A stretch of 64,000 nt of DNA from Alphaproteobacteria bacterium (GCA_034440275.1 JAWXBS010000136.1:8152-72151); one strand, 5' to 3'; positions 36,944-49,117 are shown, counted from the first letter of the stretch. The notes: generated by a model from the sequence alone, not told the origin. Numbers and translations: made by a program.

Positions 36944-38164
36944 ATGCGCAACGTCATTGTCATCGCCGCGATGCTCGCCCTCGTCACACCCGCCTTCGCG
37001 CAGCCCGCGCCGCCGACCCGCGCCGAACTCCAGCGCGTCGATCGCATCCTCAAGCGCACGCCGCTCATCGACGGGCACAATGATCTGCCGTGGGAAATCG
37101 CGGATTCCTTTGGCGGCGATCTTTCGAAGGTCGATCTCGCTGCAGACACACGCACGCTCACGCCGCCGCTGCACACCGACATCGCGCGCCTGCGCGCGGG
37201 TCGCCTCGGTGCGCAGTTCTGGTCGGTCTATGTGCCCGCGTCGCTGAAGGGGCGCGAGGCGACGGAAAAGGTTTTCGAGCAGATCGATCTCACGCGCCGC
37301 ATCGTCGCCGCGCATCCGGAGACGTTCGAGATCGCCAACAGCGCCGACGACATCATCCGCATCCATCGTCGCGGCAGGATCGCGTCTATGTTCGGTATCG
37401 AGGGCGGGGAGGCGATCAACGGCAATCTCGCGCTCTTGCGGGAGTTTCGTCGCGCGGGCGTGCTCTACATGACGCTCACGCATTCGTTGACGACGGACTG
37501 GGCCGACAGCGCCACCGATGCGCCGAAGCACGGCGGGCTCTCGCCCTTCGGCGAGGACGTCATCCGCGAGATGAACAAGGTCGGCATGCTCGTCGATCTG
37601 AGCCACGTCTCGGCGGAAACCATGCACGATGCCTTGCGCGTGACGAAGGCTCCTGTGATCTTCTCGCACTCTTCGGCCTTCGGCGTTGCATCGCATCCCC
37701 GCAATGTGCCCGATGACGTCCTGCGCCTGCTGCCGGCGAACGGCGGCGTGGTGATGGTGAACTTCTATCCGGCGTTTCTCTCCGACGCGGTCTGGGACTG
37801 GTCCTCGCGCCGCGCGGCCGAGGAAGCGCGGCTGAAGGCCCGCAATCCGGGCAATCCCGATGCGGTGAAGGCGGGGCTTGTGGCGTGGGCTGCGGCCAAT
37901 GCGCGACCGGCGACGGACATCGCGCTCGTCGCCGATCACATCGAGCACATCCGAAAGGTCGCGGGTGTCGATCACGTGGGCATCGGTTCGGATTTCGACG
38001 GCGTGCCGTACCTGCCGACGGGCCTGGAGGGCGTGGAGACCTATCCGGCGCTGTTCGTGGAACTCATGCGCCGCGGCTGGAGCGACGCCGATCTGGCAAA
38101 GCTTGCCGGCGGCAATGTGCTGCGGGCGTTGCGGCGCGCGGGAGCCGTCGCCGCGCGGGAGTGA
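36944..38164 (+). CDS. Membrane dipeptidase M19, mirror copy
   Basis: Exact mirror of 22503..23723. Confidence 0.88.
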   Translation: MRNVIVIAAMLALVTPAFAQPAPPTRAELQRVDRILKRTPLIDGHNDLPWEIADSFGGDLSKVDLAADTRTLTPPLHTDIARLRAGRLGAQFWSVYVPASLKGREATEKVFEQIDLTRRIVAAHPETFEIANSADDIIRIHRRGRIASMFGIEGGEAINGNLALLREFRRAGVLYMTLTHSLTTDWADSATDAPKHGGLSPFGEDVIREMNKVGMLVDLSHVSAETMHDALRVTKAPVIFSHSSAFGVASHPRNVPDDVLRLLPANGGVVMVNFYPAFLSDAVWDWSSRRAAEEARLKARNPGNPDAVKAGLVAWAAANARPATDIALVADHIEHIRKVAGVDHVGIGSDFDGVPYLPTGLEGVETYPALFVELMRRGWSDADLAKLAGGNVLRALRRAGAVAARE

Positions 38165-38228
38165 GGATTTGCGGGGCTGCGGCAGGCGTGTCTAGTATCG
38201 CGCAGACGTTCAAGCACGAGGGACCACC

Positions 38229-38642
38229 ATGCCCGGCCTGCAGATCTTTCCGCTGCTCCTGATTCCCAGCGTGCTCTACGCGCTGATCGCGGTGCCGGCG
38301 GGCGAGAACGTGGCGCAGGCCATGGCGGCAGTGGCGTTCACGATGCCGCTGGCGTCGGGCGCGGTGTGGAGCTTCAGCTGGGGGCATCTCATCCTGCTCG
38401 TGGCGGTGGTCACGCTCTTCATCGAGATCCTGAAGTCCACGACGCCTTCTGGCGCGCAGATGGTCGACAACGGCCTCGCGGTCGCGGTCTTCATCGTCAG
38501 TTTCATCCTGTTCCTGCTGGTGAAGCCCTTCGGCACTACCGAGTTCTTCATCATCATGCTGATGAGCCTGCTCGATTTCCTGACCGGCTCGGTGATCATG
38601 ACGCGGGTGTCGCAGCGCACGGTGCAGTACGGCCAGCACTGA
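38229..38642 (+). CDS. Small polytopic membrane protein paralogue B, mirror copy
   Basis: Exact mirror of 22025..22438. Confidence 0.6.
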   Translation: MPGLQIFPLLLIPSVLYALIAVPAGENVAQAMAAVAFTMPLASGAVWSFSWGHLILLVAVVTLFIEILKSTTPSGAQMVDNGLAVAVFIVSFILFLLVKPFGTTEFFIIMLMSLLDFLTGSVIMTRVSQRTVQYGQH

Positions 38643-38713
38643 GGGGAATCCCCGGGAATGAAACCGCCCGGCGGTTGAGGCGTTTGTCGGGGCGACAGTT
38701 CGCCCGAGGCCTC

Positions 38714-39130
38714 ATGATCCTATTTCGCTCCATACCGCTTCTCGCGCTGCCGACGCTGATCTACGCGCTGATGGCGATCCCGATGAACGTGCAGGACGTG
38801 CGCTCGACGCTCGACGCCGTGATCTTCAGCATGGCGCTGCCGAGCGGCGATGTCTGGTCCGTGCAATGGGGCCATATCCTTACGTCGGGGGCGGCCGTGC
38901 TGCTGATGATCGAGATCGTCAAGTCCGCGCGCGCGGCGACGAGTTCGCTTGTGGAAAACGCGCTCGCGCTGCTGCTCTTCACGCTGCAGCTGATCCTCTT
39001 CCTGCTCGTCGGCGGCTTCGGCACAACGGATTTCGCCGCCATCATGATCATGACGCTGATCGACTTCACGGCCGGCGCGATGGTGATGATCTACGCCACG
39101 CGGCGCGACGTCCACTACAACAACGCCTAG
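38714..39130 (+). CDS. Small polytopic membrane protein paralogue A, mirror copy
   Basis: Exact mirror of 21537..21953. Confidence 0.6.
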   Translation: MILFRSIPLLALPTLIYALMAIPMNVQDVRSTLDAVIFSMALPSGDVWSVQWGHILTSGAAVLLMIEIVKSARAATSSLVENALALLLFTLQLILFLLVGGFGTTDFAAIMIMTLIDFTAGAMVMIYATRRDVHYNNA

Positions 39131-40071
39131 GGCTTCTTCTTCGCGAGCGGGTGCTTGGTCTCGACGAGTTCGCGCAGGCGACCCTCGGCCACGTGCGTGT
39201 AGATTTGTGTCGTGGCGATATCGGCATGGCCAAGCAGCGTCTGCACCGTGCGCAGATCCGCGCCGCCTTCCACAAGATGCGTCGCAAACGCGTGACGCAG
39301 CACGTGCGGCGTCACGCGCGCAGGATCTATATTGGCGCGCTGCGCGCAATCCTTCAGCAATTGCACGATGCGGTGGCGGGTCAATTTTCCATCGGCGGCG
39401 GAGCGGGAAGGAAACATCCACTTCTGAGCCCGCTCGCGCGCGCCCGGCGCCTTCGGCAGCAGGCCTTCCCGAGCGGCGAGATACTCACGCAAAGCCGCGA
39501 CCGCACGATCATGTAGCGGCGCGAGGCGTTCCTTGCCGCCCTTGCCCATCACCATCATGAAATTCACGCCCGGCTTAGGCGCGGACTTCAAGGGAAGTCC
39601 GACGAGTTCGCTGACGCGCAATCCCGATGCGTAGAGCATTTCCACGATGGCGCGGTCGCGCAGGGTGACGGCGGGATTTTCCACGGTCGTGGCGGCGATG
39701 AGGCGCTCGATTTCGTCGAGCGACAGCGTCTTCGGCAGCGAGCGCCCGCGGCGCGGCGCTTCGAGGCGCGTGGTCGGATCGTCCGCGCGATGCCGGTCGA
39801 GCAGGAGGAAGTGATAGAACTGCCGGAGCGCCGAGATGCGCCGTGCGGCCGTGGCGGCGGAGAGCCCGCGTCGCGAGAGACCGGCGGTGTACTTTTCGAG
39901 GTCCCGCGCATCGGCGTCGCGCAGCGCACGGGGTATTTCGGCGGCCGCGTCCTCCAGATCGCGCCGATAGGCGAGCAACGTGTTCTTCCGCGCGCCGCGT
40001 TCGGCGGACAGCATTTCGAGAAAGGCGTCGATGAGGCCCGCGTCGCCGACGGTCATCGCGCCTTTGGCCAT
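39127..40071 (-). CDS. xerD: Tyrosine recombinase XerD, mirror copy
   Basis: Exact mirror of 20596..21540. Confidence 0.92.
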   Translation of the reverse strand: MAKGAMTVGDAGLIDAFLEMLSAERGARKNTLLAYRRDLEDAAAEIPRALRDADARDLEKYTAGLSRRGLSAATAARRISALRQFYHFLLLDRHRADDPTTRLEAPRRGRSLPKTLSLDEIERLIAATTVENPAVTLRDRAIVEMLYASGLRVSELVGLPLKSAPKPGVNFMMVMGKGGKERLAPLHDRAVAALREYLAAREGLLPKAPGARERAQKWMFPSRSAADGKLTRHRIVQLLKDCAQRANIDPARVTPHVLRHAFATHLVEGGADLRTVQTLLGHADIATTQIYTHVAEGRLRELVETKHPLAKKKP

Positions 40072-40075
40072 GCGA

Positions 40076-41677
40076 TCAGCGCGCCTGTCCGCCGATGATC
40101 GCTTCCACCGCGACCGCGCGCGCCGCTTCGCCTATGCCCGCATCCCGCATCGCGGTGATGACGATGACGAGTTCCGTAGCGTCGAGAGACTCCGCGCCGT
40201 CCCCGAGCGCCAGCGCGGCGTGAATGGCGACTTCGCCGGCGGCGCGTCGTGCGGAGGCCGCAGAAAGCTGCGCCATCAGACCCGGATCGGGCTTGCGTCC
40301 AACGGCGGCAGGCGTGCGCGCCAGGAACGCTTCAGCATTCGCGCCGATCGGCATGCCGAGCGCGACGAGCGCGCGCAGATCGCGGCTGGCCAGGCGTGCG
40401 CCGGCGGGGCCCGCCAGTTCGATGCGCCGGTCCGCAAACGCTGCGACATTCGTCGTGTCGTTGGTGCCGGCGGCGAGCGCGAGATCGAGAATGGTGAGCA
40501 GCGGAACGTTGGCCGGGGCGAGATCGGCCGCCGCGCGCCAGGTCTGCGCGGTGCGATAGTCACCGGTGGCGAGGGCCGCGCGCGTGAACGTCGCGGCGGC
40601 GGGCGCGGTCCCGACCTCGGCGCGCATGTTGGCGATTTCCGGCGCGAAGAGACGCGCCATGGCGGCGAACTCGCCGTGCGGTTTGGCGCGCTTCAGCCCG
40701 CTCTCGATGGCGAGCGCCTGCGCGTAGGGATTGGCCGCCGCTTCGACTTCGTCGACGGCTGATGCGATCACCGCCGCGCCGCGCACGGCGCCCTGACCGC
40801 GCACGGCGGCGCGGGCGATGGTGGGCGTGATCGTGTTCTGGCGCAGGGCTTTTGCGGCGGCTTGCACCCGGAGCGCAGGCGTGGCGTTCTCGTCGCGCGC
40901 GACCATGGACAGCGCAAAGGCCGATGCGTTCAGAAGGCCGTTCTGCGGCGGCGCGCGCAGTTTCGCCGCAAGCGATGCGGCGGCGTTCAGCGAGGTGTCG
41001 TAGCGCGCAACCGCCGCACGCGCGGGCGGAACGCCGTTGATCGTGGCGATCACCGAATTGAACCACACGTCGTTGGCGCCGGCCGCGCGCGCCACTTCCA
41101 GCGCAAGGTCGGCGGCCTCCTTTTCGCCTGCAGCTGCAACGCAAAGCGCGCGCAGGCGCAGCACGAAGGGCGGCGGCGTATCGGCGTTGATGCCTTCGGC
41201 GCGACGGCATGCGTCGTTCAGTCGTCCGCGCGCGAGGTCGGCCTGCGTCGCGTAGAGCACGATGCCAGGATCGCGCTTGGCTTCGCCGGAGCCGGACACC
41301 ATTGAAACGATTTCGTCGGCAAGCCCGAGCCGCGCCAGCGCTTCGTAGCGTTTGCGCGCCGCGATGATCGTGTCGCCGGGCGGCGCCTGTGACGGGGAGA
41401 GGAGCGCCTGTCGCGCGAGGCGCGCGCCGGCGGGCGAACCGATGTTGGTGGTCACGCGGTCGAATAGAAGGCCGAGCGCGGTCGGATCGCTCTGGCGCCA
41501 GAGATCGCGCGGCAACGCCTGATCGCGCGAAACCGCGCCGACGGCCCACGGATCGAGCTCCGCGAGCGAACCCTGTTCGATGGATTGCGATGAGGCCGCG
41601 TGCGGCGCTGCAATGGCTGCTCCCGCCAGCAACGCAACCATCGCCGCGCCGCAGAGGCGCCTAGCTCTTGAACGCAT
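40076..41677 (-). CDS. Ala-rich secreted hypothetical protein, mirror copy
   Basis: Exact mirror of 18990..20591. Confidence 0.55.
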   Translation of the reverse strand: MRSRARRLCGAAMVALLAGAAIAAPHAASSQSIEQGSLAELDPWAVGAVSRDQALPRDLWRQSDPTALGLLFDRVTTNIGSPAGARLARQALLSPSQAPPGDTIIAARKRYEALARLGLADEIVSMVSGSGEAKRDPGIVLYATQADLARGRLNDACRRAEGINADTPPPFVLRLRALCVAAAGEKEAADLALEVARAAGANDVWFNSVIATINGVPPARAAVARYDTSLNAAASLAAKLRAPPQNGLLNASAFALSMVARDENATPALRVQAAAKALRQNTITPTIARAAVRGQGAVRGAAVIASAVDEVEAAANPYAQALAIESGLKRAKPHGEFAAMARLFAPEIANMRAEVGTAPAAATFTRAALATGDYRTAQTWRAAADLAPANVPLLTILDLALAAGTNDTTNVAAFADRRIELAGPAGARLASRDLRALVALGMPIGANAEAFLARTPAAVGRKPDPGLMAQLSAASARRAAGEVAIHAALALGDGAESLDATELVIVITAMRDAGIGEAARAVAVEAIIGGQAR

Positions 41678-41807
41678 CAGGCAGCTCGATGCGCTTTTCG
41701 CTGCGCTGCGGATCGACGTTGTCGGCCACGTTCATCAGATAGACGAAGCCGAAAACCACCGCGATCCCGGCCACGCCGAGGAGGATCATGCCGGTGCGCG
41801 GGCTCAT
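41661..41807 (-). CDS. Possible 48-aa membrane peptide, mirror copy
   Basis: Exact mirror of 18860..19006. Confidence 0.35.
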   Translation of the reverse strand: MSPRTGMILLGVAGIAVVFGFVYLMNVADNVDPQRSEKRIELPDAFKS

Positions 41808-41986
41808 GCCCGGCCCCCTGCGCCTGCGTCGTCTCACGTGCCCGCTTCCTCATGCTTAACGCGTCGCGAATCTGGCGACGTTGCGATGCAGCGAGATTGA
41901 CCGCAAAATGCGGCGAGTTTCCAGCCGCGCCTCTCATTTGCGCAGGTTGGGCCGGACGATGGGTCTGGAAAGAACAGGAGTAGAAC

Positions 41987-42586
41987 GTGACAGGCGGCGG
42001 CGGGACGGCGGAACCCCTCGGGGATATCCACAGCGTCGCGTCCGCCCTCGTGGTGGACCGCCCGATCGTGCTCGTGGGCCTGATGGGCGCGGGCAAGACC
42101 ACCGTGGGGCGTCGCCTCGCAGCGTTGTTGCGCCTGCCGTTCGTCGACGCCGACGAGGAAATCGAGAAAGCCGCGGGTCTGAAGATCGCCGAAATCTTCG
42201 CGATGCACGGGGAAGAAGAGTTCCGGCGCGGCGAGCGTCGCGTGATCGCACGTCTCCTGCACGGCCCGCCGCAGGTGCTCGCCACCGGCGGCGGCGCCTT
42301 CATGAACGACGAGACGCGCGCACTGGTGCTGGCGCATGCGACTTCGGTGTGGCTGCGCGCCGACCTCGACGTGCTGATGCGGCGCGTCGAGAAGCGCGAC
42401 AACCGCCCGCTGCTCAAGCAGGGCGATCCCCGCGCCACCATGGAACGCCTCATGGCGGAGCGCTATCCCATCTACGGAGAAGCAGACCTCGTGGTCGATT
42501 CCAACAACGGTCCGCACGCGTCGGCGGTGACTGCCGTGATCCGCGCGCTGGCGGCGCGTGCTGCAGTTGCAGGCGCAGCGCCATGA
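41987..42586 (+). CDS. aroK: Shikimate kinase, mirror copy
   Basis: Exact mirror of 18081..18680. Confidence 0.9.
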   Translation: MTGGGGTAEPLGDIHSVASALVVDRPIVLVGLMGAGKTTVGRRLAALLRLPFVDADEEIEKAAGLKIAEIFAMHGEEEFRRGERRVIARLLHGPPQVLATGGGAFMNDETRALVLAHATSVWLRADLDVLMRRVEKRDNRPLLKQGDPRATMERLMAERYPIYGEADLVVDSNNGPHASAVTAVIRALAARAAVAGAAP

Positions 42587-43701
42587 CCAGCGAACGAAAG
42601 GTGCGCGTCGCGCTCGATGCGCGCAGCTATGACGTGGTGATCGGCAGCGGTCTGCTCGCGGACGCTGGCGTGCGCGTCGCGCCGTTTGCGCCGGGGCGAA
42701 AGGCGGCAGTCGTCGTCGACGAGACGGTGGCGGCCCTGCATCTGCCGGCGTTGCTGGAAGGCTTGAAGCAGGGTGGCATTGACGCGCACGCGATCGTTCT
42801 CCCAGCCGGGGAAGGGCAAAAGAGCTTTCTCGGCCTCGAATTGCTGTCGGATCGATTGCTGACCCTTGGCCTTGAACGCCGCGATCTCGTCATCGCCTTC
42901 GGCGGCGGCGTGATCGGCGATCTAGCGGGGCTTACGGCAGGGCTTCTCAAACGCGGCCTCGACTTCGTGCAGATCCCGACCACGCTGCTCGCACAGGTGG
43001 ACAGTTCCGTCGGCGGCAAGACGGCGATCAACGCAGCGGCGGGCAAGAACCTCGTCGGCCTTTTCCATCAGCCGCGTCTGGTGCTCGCCGATCAGGACGT
43101 GCTGGCGACGCTGCCCGAACGTGAGCGACGCGCGGGCTATGCGGAGATCGTGAAGATCGGCCTGATCAACGATGCGCCCTTCTTCGACTGGTGCGAACGC
43201 GAGGGCGCGCGTGTCATTGCGGGCGGCGACGCCGGCGTGTTTGCCACCGCACACGCCATCGAGATCGCTGTCGATGCAAAGGCGAAGATCGTCGCGGCGG
43301 ACGAACGCGAAGGCGGCGTGCGGGCGCTGCTCAATCTCGGCCACACGTTTGCACACGCGATCGAAGTGGAATCGGGCATGGACGGTTCGATCCTGCACGG
43401 TGAAGCGGTGGGTTGCGGACTGGGCCTCGCCTTCGGCTTTTCGGCGCAGCTCGGTCTGTGCGATACGGCGGTCGCGGAGCGTGTCACCGCGCACCTGCGC
43501 GCAACCGGCTTCGAGACGGAACTTTCACGTCTGCCGGGCGCGCCGTTCACGGCCGAACGCCTCGTCGACGCGATGATGCACGACAAGAAGAATGAAGGCG
43601 GCGCGCTGACCTTCATTCTCGCACGCGGCATCGGAGAGGCTTTCGTCGCGCGCGACGTCGCCCCCGAACACGTGCATGCTTTCCTGCGCGAACGCCTCTA
43701 G
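42583..43701 (+). CDS. aroB: 3-dehydroquinate synthase, mirror copy
   Basis: Exact mirror of 16966..18084. Confidence 0.93.
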   Translation: MTSERKVRVALDARSYDVVIGSGLLADAGVRVAPFAPGRKAAVVVDETVAALHLPALLEGLKQGGIDAHAIVLPAGEGQKSFLGLELLSDRLLTLGLERRDLVIAFGGGVIGDLAGLTAGLLKRGLDFVQIPTTLLAQVDSSVGGKTAINAAAGKNLVGLFHQPRLVLADQDVLATLPERERRAGYAEIVKIGLINDAPFFDWCEREGARVIAGGDAGVFATAHAIEIAVDAKAKIVAADEREGGVRALLNLGHTFAHAIEVESGMDGSILHGEAVGCGLGLAFGFSAQLGLCDTAVAERVTAHLRATGFETELSRLPGAPFTAERLVDAMMHDKKNEGGALTFILARGIGEAFVARDVAPEHVHAFLRERL

Positions 43702-43710
43702 GAACAGAAA

Positions 43711-44988
43711 ATGCTATCCGCGATCCCGATTGCGGCGACGGTCATCGCCGTGCTCATCCTGCTCAATGCGTTTTTCTCCATGGCGGAGACGGCGCTGACG
43801 GCGGCGTCGCGGGCGCGCATGCTCAGCCTCGAAAAGGACGGCGACAAGGCCGCCAAGCGCGTCGTCGCGCTCATGGAAAACCGCGAGCGCATGATCGGCG
43901 CGATCCTGCTCGGCGCGAACTTCGTGACGATCGCGGCCTCCGCCATCGCCGCGACGATCTTCACGGCCATGTACCCCGAGTACGGACCGTTGATTTCCAC
44001 GCTCGTGCTGACGCCCTTGCTGCTGATCTTCGGCGAGGTGCTGCCCAAGACCTGGGCGATCACCAGCGCCGACCAGCTCGCGCGCATCGTGTCGACGCCG
44101 GTGACGTGGATGGTGCATGGCCTCTCGCCCATCGTGACGGGCGTGCAGTGGATCGTACGCCAGGCGCTGAGCCTGATGGGGGTGAAAGTCGCCGAGGGCA
44201 TCGATGTCCTTGCGGCGCGGGAAGAAATTCTCGGCACCGTGGAGCTTCATGCGGAAGAGGGCGCCGTCGACAGCGACGTGCGCGATCGCTTGAAGGGTGC
44301 ATTTGCGCTCGGCGATCTCACCGTCGAGGACGTCATGGTGCACCGCAAGTCGATGAAGACCATCGACGCGGCGCTGCCGGCGCGCGAAATCCTCGCGCAG
44401 GCGATGGCGAGTTCGCACACGCGTCTGCCGGTCTGGCGCGACAATCCGGAGAACATCGTCGGCGTTCTGCACGCGCGCGATCTTCTGCGCGCGATCTCCG
44501 AAAAGGGACGCGACGGTCTCGTCATCGACGAGGTGCTGCGACCTGTATGGTTCGTGCCCGAGACCACGTGGGCGGAAGACCAGCTCGCGGAGTTTCTGAA
44601 GCGCCGCGAGCATTTCGCCATTGTGGTGGACGAATTCGGCGCGCTGGAAGGCCTCGTGACGCTGGAAGACATCATCGAAGAGATCGTCGGCGACATCAAG
44701 GACGAGCACGACGTGCCGTTCACTGGCGTGCGCCCGCAGCCCGACGGCAGTGTGAACGTCGATGGCACAGTGCCGATCCGCGACCTCAACCGTGCGATGG
44801 ACTGGGACCTGCCCGATGACGAAGCCGTCACGGTGGCGGGCCTCGTGATCCACGAAAGCCAGACCATTCCCGATCCGGGGCAGGTCTTCACCTATCACGG
44901 CTACCGCTTTGAAATTCTGCGCCGCAACCGCAACGCGATCGCCGCGATGCGGATCGAGCGCGAGGACGTGGACGAAGACGCCAAATAG
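43711..44988 (+). CDS. HlyC/CorC family transporter, mirror copy
   Basis: Exact mirror of 15679..16956. Confidence 0.88.
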   Translation: MLSAIPIAATVIAVLILLNAFFSMAETALTAASRARMLSLEKDGDKAAKRVVALMENRERMIGAILLGANFVTIAASAIAATIFTAMYPEYGPLISTLVLTPLLLIFGEVLPKTWAITSADQLARIVSTPVTWMVHGLSPIVTGVQWIVRQALSLMGVKVAEGIDVLAAREEILGTVELHAEEGAVDSDVRDRLKGAFALGDLTVEDVMVHRKSMKTIDAALPAREILAQAMASSHTRLPVWRDNPENIVGVLHARDLLRAISEKGRDGLVIDEVLRPVWFVPETTWAEDQLAEFLKRREHFAIVVDEFGALEGLVTLEDIIEEIVGDIKDEHDVPFTGVRPQPDGSVNVDGTVPIRDLNRAMDWDLPDDEAVTVAGLVIHESQTIPDPGQVFTYHGYRFEILRRNRNAIAAMRIEREDVDEDAK

Positions 44989-45102
44989 ACTCGCGTCTTT
45001 TGGGGAACAGTCCATTTCCGTCATTGGTACCTCCGTTGCTTGAAGCTGCGTGCTGCGAGACCTAAGTCGCGATGTACGCGACAGGCGCGGAGGAGACGTC
45101 CC

Positions 45103-45705
45103 ATGAAGCTCTATTATTCACCCGGATCGTGCGCGATGGCGCCGCACATCGCGGCCACGGAATCGGGCGTGAAGCTTGATCTCGTGAAGGTCGACCTGCG
45201 CGCGCACAAGAACGAGAACGGCGACGACTACTACGCCATCAATCCGCGCGGCTACGTGCCGCTGCTCGAGCTCGACGACGGCACGCGCCTGACCGAAGCC
45301 AACGTGCTCATCCAGTATATCGCCGACGAGAATCCCGAGAGCGGCCTCATGCCGAAGGATCGCCTCGGTCGCACAAAGATGAAGTCGGCGCTCACGTTCG
45401 TGGCGACGGAACTGCACAAGGGCTTCGGTCCGCTGTGGGATCCCTCCGCGCCGGCGGAGACGAAGGCCGCCGCCAAGACAAGGCTCGGCAAGCGCTTTGA
45501 CGAGATCAACGGGACGCTCGCCAATCAGCAGTACATGGCGGGCGATCAATTCACGGCGGTCGACGCCTACGCGTTCCCGGTCATCAATTGGGCCAACTAC
45601 CACCAGATCGACCTGAAGCAGTGGCCCAACATCGCCGCCTACATGCAGCGCGTCGGCGCGCGGCCGAAGGTGCAGGAAGCGATGAAGGCCGAAGGGTTGA
45701 TGTAG
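45103..45705 (+). CDS. Glutathione S-transferase (GstA-like), mirror copy
   Basis: Exact mirror of 14962..15564. Confidence 0.88.
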   Translation: MKLYYSPGSCAMAPHIAATESGVKLDLVKVDLRAHKNENGDDYYAINPRGYVPLLELDDGTRLTEANVLIQYIADENPESGLMPKDRLGRTKMKSALTFVATELHKGFGPLWDPSAPAETKAAAKTRLGKRFDEINGTLANQQYMAGDQFTAVDAYAFPVINWANYHQIDLKQWPNIAAYMQRVGARPKVQEAMKAEGLM

Positions 45706-45717
45706 CCATCGCGTCCA

Positions 45718-45741
45718 CCCTCTCCCGTTCGCGGGGGAGGG
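45718..45741. repeat. REP-like hairpin, mirror copy
   Basis: Exact mirror of 14926..14949 (ccctctcccgttcgcgggggaggg read directly). Confidence 0.6.
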
Positions 45742-45799
45742 TTGATTGCGCGGGCGCCGCGGTTGAAAAGCGGTCCTCGATTTCGGAAGGATCACCGCC

Positions 45800-46912
<1,113 letters not shown>

Positions 46913-46921
46913 GGTCGAGTG

Positions 46922-47068
46922 CCCTCCCCCGTTAGCGGGGGAGGGACGGCTTGAGTGCAGCGAAAGCAGGGTGAGGGCCCGGTCTCACAAGACGAGACTC
47001 GTTCTGCACCACTGCGCCCTCACCCTGACCGTTTCGCGATCTGTCCCTCTCCCGCCAGCGGGAGAGGG
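46922..47068. repeat. REP-like hairpin cluster, mirror copy
   Basis: Exact mirror of 13599..13745. Confidence 0.75.
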
Positions 47069-49117
47069 TTAGAACGCCGCTTTCACTGCAAACCTCACGC
47101 TGCGCCCCGGACGCGGCAGCACGTCCTTGAGAAAGCTCACATGTTCGCGGGCTTCCTCGTCGGTGAGGTTGCGGCCGTCGATCACGAATCGGACATCGTC
47201 GCTCACCTTCCACGTCACACGCGCGTTGTAGAGCGTGTAGCCGCCGGTTGAAGATTCAAAAGCGGCGATGCGATCCTGTTCCGCCACATCAACGGCTTCC
47301 ACGCGCGCGCCGAATGCACGCCAGTCTGCATCAAGCCCCACCGTCAGCGTGCGCGGAGGGATGCGCGGGAGATTGCCGCCGCCGTCGAATTCCGCGCGCA
47401 CCAGATCGAGCGCGGCGTCGCCGCTGAGCGTGAAGTCGCCGTGCGTGTAGAGATCGGCGCCGGCCGATATTTCGCCGCCGGTAAACACCGCGTCGCGCGC
47501 GACATAGGTGAAGAGCGGCAGGGTCCCTTCGCCGGGCGCGACGAGGGCAGGGTCCTCGAAGGTCTCGGTCGATTCCACGAAGACGAGGCCGCTGTCGACC
47601 AGCGCGATGTAGTCGGCGTAGTCGGCGCGATAGAGGTTGAGTTCGAAGCGTGCGCGCGCCGTCGCATAGCGCAGGGAGGCCTCGATGGTCGTCGCGGTTT
47701 CCTTGTCGAGCGTCGTGCCGCCCAGTTCGTAGGCTTCTGTGGCGATGTGCGGGCCGTCGGCGAAGAGTTCGACGGCGGTCGGCGCGCGTTCCGTGCGGGC
47801 AAGCGTCGCGCCGAGGAACCAGTTCGTCGCGGGACGCATGAAGACGCCGGCCGAAACACTGGTGGCGGTGAAGTCGAATTCGCCGGCGAGCACGTTGTCG
47901 AGCTTGCGCTGTTCCAGGCGCGCACCGCCTTCCACGCCCCACACGCCGGTATCCCAGCGCTCCACGACGAAGGCGCCGAGATCGCGGGTCGTGGTGGCGG
48001 TGAGGAATGCTTCGTCGCCAACGGCGGCGAAGTCTGTGCTCGAACCCTGGATGCCGACGGCGCCGTCGAGCTTGTCGCCGAATCCGTTGTGGTGCGTCTC
48101 GAGGCGCAGTTCGTAGCCCTCGTTCGTGAACGTGGTGGCGACATCGCCCGTGTCTTCCACTTCCTGGTGCGTGTAGTCCGACCACTGCAGGCCGTAGTCG
48201 ATGCGATCGAACGGCCCGAGCGCCACACGGAAATCGCCGCGCGATTCGATGCGCGTCTGTTCGAGTTGGATCTTGCCGCCTAGGGGCGAGCCCGCGTCTT
48301 CCGGCGGCAGGCCGTATTCGGATTCGAAGCGCTTTACGGCGAGGCCGGCAAAGCCCCAGTCGCGCACGAGCGACACGCCACCGGTGTAGGTGTCGAGTTG
48401 CGTGAAGGAGTTCGGCGCTTCGCCGCTGATTTCGGTTTCGCCCGGCGGCAGCGGATCGGCAGCGCGTCGCGCGGCGGAGCGCGTGAAGCCGGGAATCTCG
48501 TAGTTTTCCGTTTCGCGGTGGCCCACACCCAGGCGAAACACGAGCGCACCGGCGGCGAAATTGCCCGACACCTCGCCCTGCAATCCCTGATCGCCAGTGG
48601 TGTACGCAAGCAGTCCGTCGACGCGGTAGCCGTTCTCCGGCGACGTGCGCGGGATCGAACCGTCGATGACGTTGATCACGCCGCCCACCGCGTTGCCGCC
48701 ATAGGCGAGCGCCGCTGCGCCGCGCAGCACTTCGATGCGTTCGGCGTCGAGGCCGTCTGCGGTGACGGCGTGGTCAGGGGAGGCGGAGGACGCGTCGATG
48801 GCGCCGATGCCGTTCTGCAGGATGCGCACGCGGTCGTCGCCGAGGCCGCGGATGATGGGGCGGCTGGCGCCGGCGCCGTAGAAGGTGCTGGCGACGCCCG
48901 GGATCTGCGCGACCGTCTCGCCGAGGCCGCCCACCATGGTGTCGACGATGGCGTCGCGGTTGAGGACCTCAACGCCCTGCAGGCTTTCGATGCGCGAGCC
49001 TTCCAGCGGGGCGGTGACCACGATTTCCTCTTCCGACGCCGCGCGGAGCTGCTGCGCCAGCGCCGCCGCCGGGCTCGCCGCCACCATTCCGATCATCATC
49101 ATCCAGCGCGCCGACAT
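47069..49117 (-). CDS. TonB-dependent receptor, mirror copy
   Basis: Exact mirror of 11550..13598. Confidence 0.9.
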   Translation of the reverse strand: MSARWMMMIGMVAASPAAALAQQLRAASEEEIVVTAPLEGSRIESLQGVEVLNRDAIVDTMVGGLGETVAQIPGVASTFYGAGASRPIIRGLGDDRVRILQNGIGAIDASSASPDHAVTADGLDAERIEVLRGAAALAYGGNAVGGVINVIDGSIPRTSPENGYRVDGLLAYTTGDQGLQGEVSGNFAAGALVFRLGVGHRETENYEIPGFTRSAARRAADPLPPGETEISGEAPNSFTQLDTYTGGVSLVRDWGFAGLAVKRFESEYGLPPEDAGSPLGGKIQLEQTRIESRGDFRVALGPFDRIDYGLQWSDYTHQEVEDTGDVATTFTNEGYELRLETHHNGFGDKLDGAVGIQGSSTDFAAVGDEAFLTATTTRDLGAFVVERWDTGVWGVEGGARLEQRKLDNVLAGEFDFTATSVSAGVFMRPATNWFLGATLARTERAPTAVELFADGPHIATEAYELGGTTLDKETATTIEASLRYATARARFELNLYRADYADYIALVDSGLVFVESTETFEDPALVAPGEGTLPLFTYVARDAVFTGGEISAGADLYTHGDFTLSGDAALDLVRAEFDGGGNLPRIPPRTLTVGLDADWRAFGARVEAVDVAEQDRIAAFESSTGGYTLYNARVTWKVSDDVRFVIDGRNLTDEEAREHVSFLKDVLPRPGRSVRFAVKAAF